Assembly: GCA_038255245.1 (NCBI GenBank)
Contig: JBBSLM010000001.1
Coordinates: forward strand, 1-40,535
Origin: Sphingomonadales bacterium
Lineage (GTDB): Bacteria > Pseudomonadota > Alphaproteobacteria > Sphingomonadales > Sphingomonadaceae
Length of the DNA stretch: 40,535 nucleotides
Direction: 5' to 3'
Positions 29,939 to 37,513 of this stretch are shown here, in pieces. The position numbers were made by a program, and so were the translations under genes. Every line of letters begins with the position of its first letter. The stretch's first letter is position 1. The notes under the pieces were generated by a model. The model was not told the origin of the DNA. It searched no databases and saw nothing but the letters and a program-made list of their open reading frames with translations.

Positions 29939-30169
29939 TAGTTTAGCCAAAGTAACACTTACCGTAATTTCAAATTACGGGTTCTCGGGCTTCTGCGGAC
30001 CAGCTATAGGCTTCGGACTCCGCCTAATAGAGGCGGAGCCGCCGGGCAGTCTCAACCTGCTCGACGGCCCCTATCAACCAGCCTCTAACCAAGAGAGGAG
30101 GTGATTCACCGTGCGGATCAACCGCTCGATAATACGAATTTACTCCGCATAGACTGCGGAGTCCAGCCC

Positions 30170-30385
30170 TCATAACTCGTCCAAGCGTAAATTTGTCACG
30201 CCCATCGCGGTGAGGGCGTTGAGGAAGAAATCGGCGGTGAAGGAACCCCTGCTGACCTTGTTTCTGAGGCTGGCGTTGGTCTCCTCCACCCCGATCTCAG
30301 CCAGCCTATCCCTCAACCCGTCATAGTCGATGCCGCGCCGGACCATCTCTGAGCGCAGTAAACGCTTGGCATTTTCGTCTCGCAT
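30170..30385 (-). CDS. DUF6471-like small DNA-binding protein divergent from the transposase
   Basis: AKRLLRSEM.RRGIDY..L..RLAEIGVEET...LRNKVSRGSFTADFF; start may be GTG 30403. Confidence 0.75.
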   Translation of the reverse strand: MRDENAKRLLRSEMVRRGIDYDGLRDRLAEIGVEETNASLRNKVSRGSFTADFFLNALTAMGVTNLRLDEL

Positions 30386-30497
30386 ATGAGCCTCAAATCG
30401 CACTTATGACACAAACGCCACACAATATGAGACAAAAGGTGTTGCGCTTGCGGGACATATGTGTCACATCCGATGCAAGGGTAACGCATCGGAGGAC

Positions 30498-31508
30498 ATG
30501 GCTCAACATTTTCTTCTCTCAGCAGCGGCAGGATCGCTTAGCGTCATGCGGATCGCCCGCATGTCGGAGGAGGAAGCGTATGCAGCGTTTGAGCGTATCC
30601 GGTTTGTCGAGACAGACGGAGAGCCATTCTGCGTGAAGTGCGGATGCCTCGTCGTCTACCGCATCACTCGCACATGCCGCTCACGGTCGAAAAACCAAGA
30701 CGCCAAGCCGACAATCCGGCGCACCTACAAATGTGCGGATTGCGGGCATCACTCCTCGGTCACATCCAAAACGATCTTTGCCAGCCACAAGCTGTCGTTC
30801 CGCGACATCCTGTGTGCCATCGCGTTATTCGCGGATGGAGCGAAAGGCTTTGCAGCCCTGCATCTCATGCGGAACATGGGACTGGCCTACAAGACCGCGT
30901 TTGTCCTCGCCCATAAGCTCAGACAGGCGATCTGCGCTCTGCAGGCGGCGCAGACCCTATCGGGCAAGGTCGAGATCGATGGGGCCTATTTTGGCGGCTA
31001 CGTGAAGCCCAAGAACCTGACACGTGATCGCGTGGATCGCCGCAAGAAGGTTTACCGCTCCGACAAGCGTCAATGCGTCGTCATCTTGCGGGAGCGGCGC
31101 GGACGCAGCGTCCCGTTTGTCTGCGCTGAGCGAGATGCGCTGCCGAAAGTCACAGCGACGGTTGATCCGGGGAGTATCATCTATGCCGATGAGGCGAAGG
31201 CTTATGAGCCCCTTCATGCCATCTTTAAGGTCAAGCGCATCAACCACTCTAAGGAGGGCTACGCGGTCGGCGACCACTCGACCAATCAAGCAGAGTCTTT
31301 CTTCTCTCGGCTTCGCAGGGCTGAAATCGGCATCCACCACCACATCGCTGGCCGCTACCTGAGTGCGTATGCGGGTGAGATGTCGTGGCGTGAGGACAAC
31401 CGCCGCATTTCGAACGGAGAGCAGTTCCTGACCATCGTCGCGGCGGGCCTTCACCATCCTGTGTCGCGGACGTGGAAAGGCTACTGGCAGCGGCGAAAGG
31501 CCGCGTGA
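30498..31508 (+). CDS. IS1595-family (ISXO2-like) DDE transposase
   Basis: GGAGG RBS; Zn ribbon CVKC...CADC; VEIDGAYFGG, IYADE, NHS..Y, TNQAESFFSRLRR, YL..Y..E..WR. Confidence 0.95.
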   Translation: MAQHFLLSAAAGSLSVMRIARMSEEEAYAAFERIRFVETDGEPFCVKCGCLVVYRITRTCRSRSKNQDAKPTIRRTYKCADCGHHSSVTSKTIFASHKLSFRDILCAIALFADGAKGFAALHLMRNMGLAYKTAFVLAHKLRQAICALQAAQTLSGKVEIDGAYFGGYVKPKNLTRDRVDRRKKVYRSDKRQCVVILRERRGRSVPFVCAERDALPKVTATVDPGSIIYADEAKAYEPLHAIFKVKRINHSKEGYAVGDHSTNQAESFFSRLRRAEIGIHHHIAGRYLSAYAGEMSWREDNRRISNGEQFLTIVAAGLHHPVSRTWKGYWQRRKAA

Positions 31509-31711
31509 TGGCTCGTTACAAATTCTTCCTCATGGGATCGAGGGACGCCCCCATTGTTGAGGTCGCGGCTGAGACGATCCGCGACCTCCAGATGGACCTG
31601 ACCCACAATCGCTTCATCGAGGGGCGGATGGGCGAGATTGACGAAGCGGGCTCTAGCTGCGGAGTCCTGATCTCCTGCGCTCGCGTCCAGTTCGTGACCG
31701 AGGTCGATTGA
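31508..31711 (+). CDS. Small hypothetical protein translationally coupled to the transposase
   Basis: TGATG stop/start overlap; 67 aa. Confidence 0.55.
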   Translation: MARYKFFLMGSRDAPIVEVAAETIRDLQMDLTHNRFIEGRMGEIDEAGSSCGVLISCARVQFVTEVD

Positions 31712-31712
31712 C

Positions 31713-32132
31713 CTACAGCCTCGTCGTCTCGCCGGTGCGCTGGTCGATCCTGTATCTCACCCGCTGGTTCTCAAACAGTGCCTCAAGGCACGTTACGATC
31801 AGGGCGTCAGTACCAGGAAGCGGAGAGGCACTGACGACCTCGGCGCAGGTGAAGCCTTGCCGATTCAACTTGATCGCTTGCGCCGCCATCGCCCTTGCGC
31901 CCGCCCTTCTGGCCTCGGGGAGATGCGCCACGCGCTCGTCGGCTAACCGATCGATTTCTTCGGTCTCTTTGAGGCTAGCCGTCAGGGCGTCGGTCCGAGC
32001 CGCAAGGTCGTCCCCGCCAGTCTCTCGGCGCAGATAGTACGCTGCAGCAGCTACGGCGACCAAAAGCAGCAGGGCGATCACCGCCCACGTCGATGCCGAC
32101 CACCGCTGATTTGTCTGCTGCGTTCCCATCAT
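31713..32132 (-). CDS. Membrane-anchored hypothetical protein
   Basis: Single TM segment (WAVIALLLLVAVAAAAYY) and a C-terminal Cys pair (GFTC...VTC). Confidence 0.65.
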   Translation of the reverse strand: MMGTQQTNQRWSASTWAVIALLLLVAVAAAAYYLRRETGGDDLAARTDALTASLKETEEIDRLADERVAHLPEARRAGARAMAAQAIKLNRQGFTCAEVVSASPLPGTDALIVTCLEALFENQRVRYRIDQRTGETTRL

Positions 32133-32176
32133 AGCGAGCGAAGCTTAGCTCACCAAAATGAGATATAATAGCCCGT

Positions 32177-32189
32177 GGACTGATAGTCC
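32177..32189 (+). promoter_or_regulatory. C-box-like operator
   Basis: GGACT-GAT-AGTCC palindrome (GACT-N3-AGTC) about 23 nt upstream of a C-protein-like HTH gene. Confidence 0.65.
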
Positions 32190-32212
32190 GCAGAACGGGC
32201 CTATCCTGCCCG

Positions 32213-32452
32213 ATGGACGAGGAGGCTATCCTTCGTGAACTCGGGAGCCGGATGCGGGCGCAGCGGAAGCGCGTCGGCTTGACGCAGGAGCAGCTTGCCT
32301 TGGTGGCCGACGTGGATCGCTCCTACTATGGCGCGGTCGAGCGCGGGGAGCGGAACGTCACGTTCACGGTGCTGTGTCGGCTGTGTTTGGCGCTGGAGTG
32401 TGATGTCGCGGCGCTAACAGTCGGTTTGCCTTCGGTGGCTCGAAAAGCTTAG
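32213..32452 (+). CDS. XRE-family HTH regulator, controller (C) protein-like
   Basis: LG.R.R..R...GLTQEQLA..A.VDRSY...VERGERN. Confidence 0.88.
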   Translation: MDEEAILRELGSRMRAQRKRVGLTQEQLALVADVDRSYYGAVERGERNVTFTVLCRLCLALECDVAALTVGLPSVARKA

Positions 32453-32686
32453 ATGTCAGATATGAAAATCGAAGCAATCAACATCGCCACGGCGACCCTG
32501 CTAACCCGCTTACTCGTCCGACTGGAACGAGAGGGGATCGTCACTCCCGAGTTCATCGACGAATTGATGAACGACGCTGTTGGCGCGAGCCAAGATGCTA
32601 AAACCACTCTGAATGATGAAGCTGCCGACTTCCTCCACGACGTGTGGGGTGCGCTACATACTCACCGGAACAGTCCGACCCCGTGA
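32453..32686 (+). CDS. Small hypothetical protein
   Basis: ATG directly after the HTH stop codon; 77 aa, helical and acidic. Confidence 0.55.
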   Translation: MSDMKIEAINIATATLLTRLLVRLEREGIVTPEFIDELMNDAVGASQDAKTTLNDEAADFLHDVWGALHTHRNSPTP

Positions 32687-32943
32687 GAGCGGGATGACGG
32701 CGACTGGGGTCGAAGAAGGCGGGTAGGTTTGGACGCCAAGTAGCTTGGCGACCAAAGCGAAAAAGCGCTGGCGCATAGGAATTTCCTTGTGGGTGGTCGC
32801 TCAAATCTCGCAAATCGAGCGTCTGCGAGATTAAACGAAAATCGTTCCGATGTCAAGATGTGGATTCTGGGGATTGTTCATCCTTGGCCCTTCGATCCCG
32901 GCAGCCTCATGGGTAAGCTCGCGCCCCAACTGGAGAGCAGGCT

Positions 32944-33528
32944 GTGACAGCTAACACGACTATCACCGAGGTGGGGCTGGCCGACGTGTCAGATCGCGTC
33001 ACTACACGCCGGTGGGAGTTAGACCTGACCTTTGCAGGCAAGGTCTACACTCCGAAAAACAGGATAAAGCGGCTCTGGCGGCAAGGCATCGCCAGTTTTG
33101 TGGGTCGTGAAGGCACTCTCGAACGGTTCGAGTTCCGTCAGACGATACCGTACTGCGGGCACGAGACCGAGTGTCCTCCCACTCAGGCTCAATACGGCGC
33201 AGTGAGCGACTTCTACATGGAGCCCTGCGAGACCAGATCGCAGGCCCATACACTCCTGAGCGCGAGAGACTATGCCGAGGAAATTGCAAGAGGCTACTCT
33301 TTCACGGCCCCTCGGAGACGCCTGCTAGCTCTATGCACGGCTGCTTTCATCCTCTCGGATCGAGAGAGGCGGTCAATCGTAAAATCGTGGAGCATCGCCC
33401 GGAGATCGGAACGTATAGCAGGCTTCGGCCACGCTCAAACGTATCGGCGCGTTCACACGAAGGTGGAGACGTTCGCCGAGCGCTTGATCAACGACATGAG
33501 GCGCGACGGCTCTGAGATGTTCGGCTGA
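32944..33528 (+). CDS. Hypothetical IS passenger protein
   Basis: GGAGA RBS and GTG; 194-aa ORF with no motif I recognise. Confidence 0.55.
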   Translation: MTANTTITEVGLADVSDRVTTRRWELDLTFAGKVYTPKNRIKRLWRQGIASFVGREGTLERFEFRQTIPYCGHETECPPTQAQYGAVSDFYMEPCETRSQAHTLLSARDYAEEIARGYSFTAPRRRLLALCTAAFILSDRERRSIVKSWSIARRSERIAGFGHAQTYRRVHTKVETFAERLINDMRRDGSEMFG

Positions 33529-33618
33529 ACGAAAGCCAGCCGGTGCTAGGTGCGTTCCGACTATCATTTCGCTAGGGTCTGCGGACGTGGGCATTTGCAC
33601 CCATTGGGAGATACACCG

Positions 33619-34230
33619 GTGACCGATGATGAGGGACAGGGCGAGGCTGCACAGAACGACGGCGATAAAGCAGGGCCGTGGGAATATGATCTCACAGCAA
33701 AGACCTTACGATCCGAGATGTCGCCGGTCCTCAAGCGCTGGGAGGCCTTGAAGCGGGGACTGTACTCGAAGCCAACGATCCGGGTGCCGCGCAGGGACTC
33801 GGTCCAGTGGATGCAGGACCGGCTCGCTGAGGTGGAGCGGATGACCGAGGCGCTGACTGCGTTGTCAAACAACGAGTTTGCCCGAGCGTGGGGCGAGCCC
33901 GGTCAGCCCGGCGATAGAGACCTTATCATCGAAACCAGTAAGCTGTGGGCAGAGCTATGCGCCAGCGGTCTCGCTTGGGAGGAAGCGGTTCGGTTTGCGA
34001 AGGTCGATCCGATTTTTGAGCCCGTCCGAGAATTGTTCGTTGGTGTAGCTGGTAGGATGATCGAGGAGGCCGAGAAGCTTCCAAAATTCATTGAGGATGT
34101 TATCGGCGATCCGGAGGCGAGGGGCACCCACAAGCTTGATATGGTCCTCACCCTTCCAGAGGATTGGGCTGAGAATGTCAGCCGGGCTTTGCGAGCAGCC
34201 ACGGACGATTACGTAGCTAACCCCGGCTAG
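33619..34230 (+). CDS. Hypothetical protein, possibly a 5'-truncated captured gene
   Basis: GGGAGA RBS and GTG; WEY, WGEPGQPGD motifs; stop codon supplied by the right TIR. Confidence 0.6.
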   Translation: MTDDEGQGEAAQNDGDKAGPWEYDLTAKTLRSEMSPVLKRWEALKRGLYSKPTIRVPRRDSVQWMQDRLAEVERMTEALTALSNNEFARAWGEPGQPGDRDLIIETSKLWAELCASGLAWEEAVRFAKVDPIFEPVRELFVGVAGRMIEEAEKLPKFIEDVIGDPEARGTHKLDMVLTLPEDWAENVSRALRAATDDYVANPG

Positions 34231-34258
34231 GTGCGTTTGCGCCCTAATACCGCGCGGC

Positions 34259-34332
34259 TGGATGCCCGACAAGGATTCGAACCTTGATTGACGGAGTCAG
34301 AGTCCGCTCTCTTACCGTTAGAGGATCGGGCA
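34259..34332 (-). tRNA. tRNA-Gln(CTG)
   Basis: Minus strand TGCCCGA...GCGGA-CTCTGAC-TCCGT...GGTTCGAATCC...TCGGGCA-T-CCA; 74-nt cloverleaf. Confidence 0.97.
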
Positions 34333-34487
34333 GCGCCGGACGCGCGAGATAGGCCCGGGCCGGGACAGTGTCAACTTGCCCGCCCGGCGGTTCGCTTGCC
34401 CGCAAGCCATTGGCCATGTTACACCTGCGGGCAGGTCACGGCGTGGGGTACCTCCCTGCGCCGGAATGAAAAGAGACGTGTCTAGAC

Positions 34488-35561
34488 ATGGCGCAGCAAG
34501 CTGCTCACGCGCCGCAGGAACCGGGCGGAGTCCCGGACGAGGCGGTCCTCCCAACGCCCGGCTTGGCGTCAACCGTCCTTCCGGCAGGCCGCCGAGGCCC
34601 CCGTCACACCTACGGCGCGATCGACCTTGGCACCAACAATTGCCGGCTGCTGGTGGCGCGCCCCGCAGATGAAGGCTTCACTGTCGTCGACGCCTTCTCG
34701 CGCGTCGTGCGGCTGGGCGAAGGGCTGGGCACGACCGGGCGGATCAGCCAGGACGCGATGGACCGCGCGGTCGCCGCGCTCGGCGTCTGTTCGGAGAAAT
34801 TGCGGCGTCGGCGGGTGAGCCTGGCGCGATCGGTCGCGACCGAAGCCTGCCGCCGCGCCGCCAACGGTCGGCAGTTCGTCGAGCGGGTGAAGAACGAGAC
34901 GGGCATCTGCCTGGAGATCATCTCGCCGGAGGAGGAAGCTCGGCTGGCCATGCTCGGCTGCCACCGGCTGCTCGAACCCGGCGACGGGCCCGCTTTGATC
35001 TTCGACATTGGCGGCGGCTCGACCGAATTGGTGCTGATCGACACGGATGACGACACGCCGCGCATCCGTTGCTGGTGGAGCGCGCCCTGGGGCGTCGTCT
35101 CGCTGACGGAGAGCGAAGGCACGATGGCGAAGGACCGCGACGAACGGCTCGCCGCTTATGGCCGCATGCGCGAACGCGTCCGCCACGCCTTCAGCCGCTT
35201 CCAGGCGCTGCTGCCGAAGAATCGGACTGACATCCGGCTGATGGGCACGAGCGGGACAGTGACCACGCTCGCCAGCGTCTATCTCGCGTTGCCGGCCTAT
35301 GACCGCAAGGCGGTGGACGGACTGATGGTGCCCGCCCATGCGATGCGCGAGATCGGCTCCATGCTGTCCGCCGCGAGTCACGAAGAGCGGGCGCAATTCC
35401 CGTGCATCGGCGACGACCGCGCCAATCTGGTCGTGGCGGGCTGCGCGATCCTCGAGGCGATCATGGACATCTGGCCGGCGGAAACGCTGGGCATCGCCGA
35501 CCGCGGCATTCGCGAGGGCATCTTGCGCTCGCTGATGGCGCGGGACGGCTATCGTATCTGA
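34488..35561 (+). CDS. Ppx/GppA family phosphatase
   Basis: AIDLGTNNCRL, VRLGEG, ATEACR, FDIGGGSTE, GIREG. Confidence 0.93.
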   Translation: MAQQAAHAPQEPGGVPDEAVLPTPGLASTVLPAGRRGPRHTYGAIDLGTNNCRLLVARPADEGFTVVDAFSRVVRLGEGLGTTGRISQDAMDRAVAALGVCSEKLRRRRVSLARSVATEACRRAANGRQFVERVKNETGICLEIISPEEEARLAMLGCHRLLEPGDGPALIFDIGGGSTELVLIDTDDDTPRIRCWWSAPWGVVSLTESEGTMAKDRDERLAAYGRMRERVRHAFSRFQALLPKNRTDIRLMGTSGTVTTLASVYLALPAYDRKAVDGLMVPAHAMREIGSMLSAASHEERAQFPCIGDDRANLVVAGCAILEAIMDIWPAETLGIADRGIREGILRSLMARDGYRI

Positions 35562-35568
35562 TCCGCCT

Positions 35569-36207
35569 GTGGTCGAGCGCATCCGCACCGCCAAGGGCCG
35601 CAAGGTCAGCTCGACCAAATGGATCGAGCGGCAATTGTCCGACCCCTATGTCAAGAAGGCCAGGCAGGAGGGCTATCGCTCGCGCGCGGCCTACAAATTG
35701 ATCGAGCTGGACGAACGGTTCAAATTCCTGCCCGGGGCGCGACGCGTGATCGACCTCGGCATCGCACCGGGCGGCTGGACGCAGGTCGTGCGCAAGCGCG
35801 CGCCGCACGCGCTGGTCGTCGGGATCGATTTTCTCTCCACCGACCCGATCGACGGCGCGATCATCCTGCACCTCGATTTCATGGACGACAGCGCGCCGGG
35901 CCTGCTGAAGGACGCGCTCGGCGGCCCGGCCGACATCGTGCTGAGCGACATGGCCGCGAACACCGTAGGCCACCCGCAGACCGATCATTTGCGGACGATG
36001 GCATTGGTCGAGGCGGGCCTTGAATTCGCCGCTGAAGTGCTACGGCCGGGCGGCGCCTACGTGGCCAAGGTCCTCGCGGGCGGCGCGGACAACAACCTCG
36101 TCGCCGAACTCAAGCGCCGCTTCACCAGTGTCAAACACGCCAAACCGCCAGCGAGCCGCAAGGACAGCAGCGAATGGTATGTGGTGGCGCAGGGGTTCAA
36201 GGGCTGA
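35569..36207 (+). CDS. rlmE: 23S rRNA Um2552 methyltransferase
   Basis: DPYV..A...GYRSRAAYKL, DLGIAPGGW, VLSDMA, KP.ASR..S.E. Confidence 0.95.
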   Translation: MVERIRTAKGRKVSSTKWIERQLSDPYVKKARQEGYRSRAAYKLIELDERFKFLPGARRVIDLGIAPGGWTQVVRKRAPHALVVGIDFLSTDPIDGAIILHLDFMDDSAPGLLKDALGGPADIVLSDMAANTVGHPQTDHLRTMALVEAGLEFAAEVLRPGGAYVAKVLAGGADNNLVAELKRRFTSVKHAKPPASRKDSSEWYVVAQGFKG

Positions 36208-36223
36208 CACGCGCTTCGGATGC

Positions 36224-37513
36224 TTACTCCCGGGTCAATCGAACGCGGGTGATCTTGAGCCCATCCATTTCCTCGATCTGCATCTGCCAGCCGTCACGCC
36301 TCAGGATCGCGCCGGATTGGGGCATCGTCCCCTGGGCGACAAGGAAGAGACCGGCAACGGTGACCACCTCCGGCTCGTTGATCGGGATGCCGTGATCCTC
36401 CGCAAGTTCGGCGAGGGTCATTTCGCCGTCCATCATGAGGCTGCCGTCCGGCATGCGGCGGAACCACTCGGACGAGGCACCTTCCTCCTCGTTGATCAGA
36501 TCTTCGATAATGTCGTCCATCGTCACGAAGCCAAGCGTGCCGCCATATTCATCGACCACCAGCGCCGCATGGACGCGCTGCTTCTTGAACAAAGCGAGCA
36601 ACTCCGTAGCCGAGGTCGTGGCGGCCACCCGCGCCAGCGGCCGCACGATCTCGCGCAGAGTGCGCAATTCCGCTGCTTGATGCGCACGAATGTAATCCTT
36701 GACGTGGAGCACGCCGACGATTTCGTCGAGTGAGCCGGCGAAGATCGGATAACGGGTCTGGCGGCTGCCCGCGATGATGGCAGCGACGGCCTCCAGCCCG
36801 GTTTCCGCTTCGATCGCGGCGAGCCGCGAGCGCGATGTCATCAGTTCCTCCGCAGTGCGGTCCTCCATCTCGAAAATATTGTCGATGAGGACGCGCTGGG
36901 CATTGTCGAGCTGGCCGCTGGCAGCGACCTCCTCGGTCGCGATCGCCAGTTCCTTCGACGTGTAGAGCGAGGCCGTCTTGCCGGGTTCCGGAATGCCGAG
37001 CAGCCGCATCAGTCCAAAGGCCACCCAGTTCAGTGCAATCACCATCGGCCGGAACAGCAGGCCGAAAATCCGCATCACCGGATTGACCGTGATACTCACC
37101 CCCTCGGGCAGCTGCAGCGCCAGCGCCTTCGGGATCATCTCCCCGAACACGACATGCATGTAGGTGATGGCGCCCAAGGCGATCACAAAACCCAATATGT
37201 GCGCCTGGTCATAGGTCAGGCCCCAATCTTCGAAGACCGGGTAGAGCCAACCAGCAACGATCGGCTCGCCGAACATGCCCAGCCCGATCGAGGCGAGCGT
37301 GATGCCAAGCTGGGCGATCGCGATATAGGCGTCCTTCCCACGCGGCCGGTCGAAGACCCCGACCAGCCAGCCCGCGACGCGATTGCCGCTCTGGGCCATG
37401 GTTGCGAGCCTGCTGCGCCGCGCACCCACGAGCGCGAACTCGGCCGCCACGAACACGCCGTTGGCGACGACGAGGCCAAGGATTATCCCGATCGGAACGA
37501 GATACTCGATCAC
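36224..37513 (-). CDS. Hemolysin-family CNNM/CBS/CorC protein (paralog 2)
   Basis: NGVFVAAEFA, QLGIT, GEMIPK, VDEYGG; GTGA overlap with the upstream paralog. Confidence 0.92.
   Translation of the reverse strand: MIEYLVPIGIILGLVVANGVFVAAEFALVGARRSRLATMAQSGNRVAGWLVGVFDRPRGKDAYIAIAQLGITLASIGLGMFGEPIVAGWLYPVFEDWGLTYDQAHILGFVIALGAITYMHVVFGEMIPKALALQLPEGVSITVNPVMRIFGLLFRPMVIALNWVAFGLMRLLGIPEPGKTASLYTSKELAIATEEVAASGQLDNAQRVLIDNIFEMEDRTAEELMTSRSRLAAIEAETGLEAVAAIIAGSRQTRYPIFAGSLDEIVGVLHVKDYIRAHQAAELRTLREIVRPLARVAATTSATELLALFKKQRVHAALVVDEYGGTLGFVTMDDIIEDLINEEEGASSEWFRRMPDGSLMMDGEMTLAELAEDHGIPINEPEVVTVAGLFLVAQGTMPQSGAILRRDGWQMQIEEMDGLKITRVRLTRE

Larger units (their letters stand above)
29365..34252. 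mobile_element. IS1595-family transposon with passenger genes (ISNha5-like)
   Basis: Left TIR CGGCATTAGGTAGCAAACGCACCTAG (29365-29390) vs right TIR reverse complement CGGTATTAGGGCGCAAACGCACCTAG (34227-34252); identical 8-bp flanks CGCGGCTG (29357-29364, 34253-34260); internal IS1595 transposase. Confidence 0.93.

Noticed and set aside
29357-34332. Integrase-type genomic island or prophage at tRNA-Gln
   Set aside because: No integrase and no duplicated tRNA 3' end; the TIRs and 8-bp TSD are explained by IS1595 transposition
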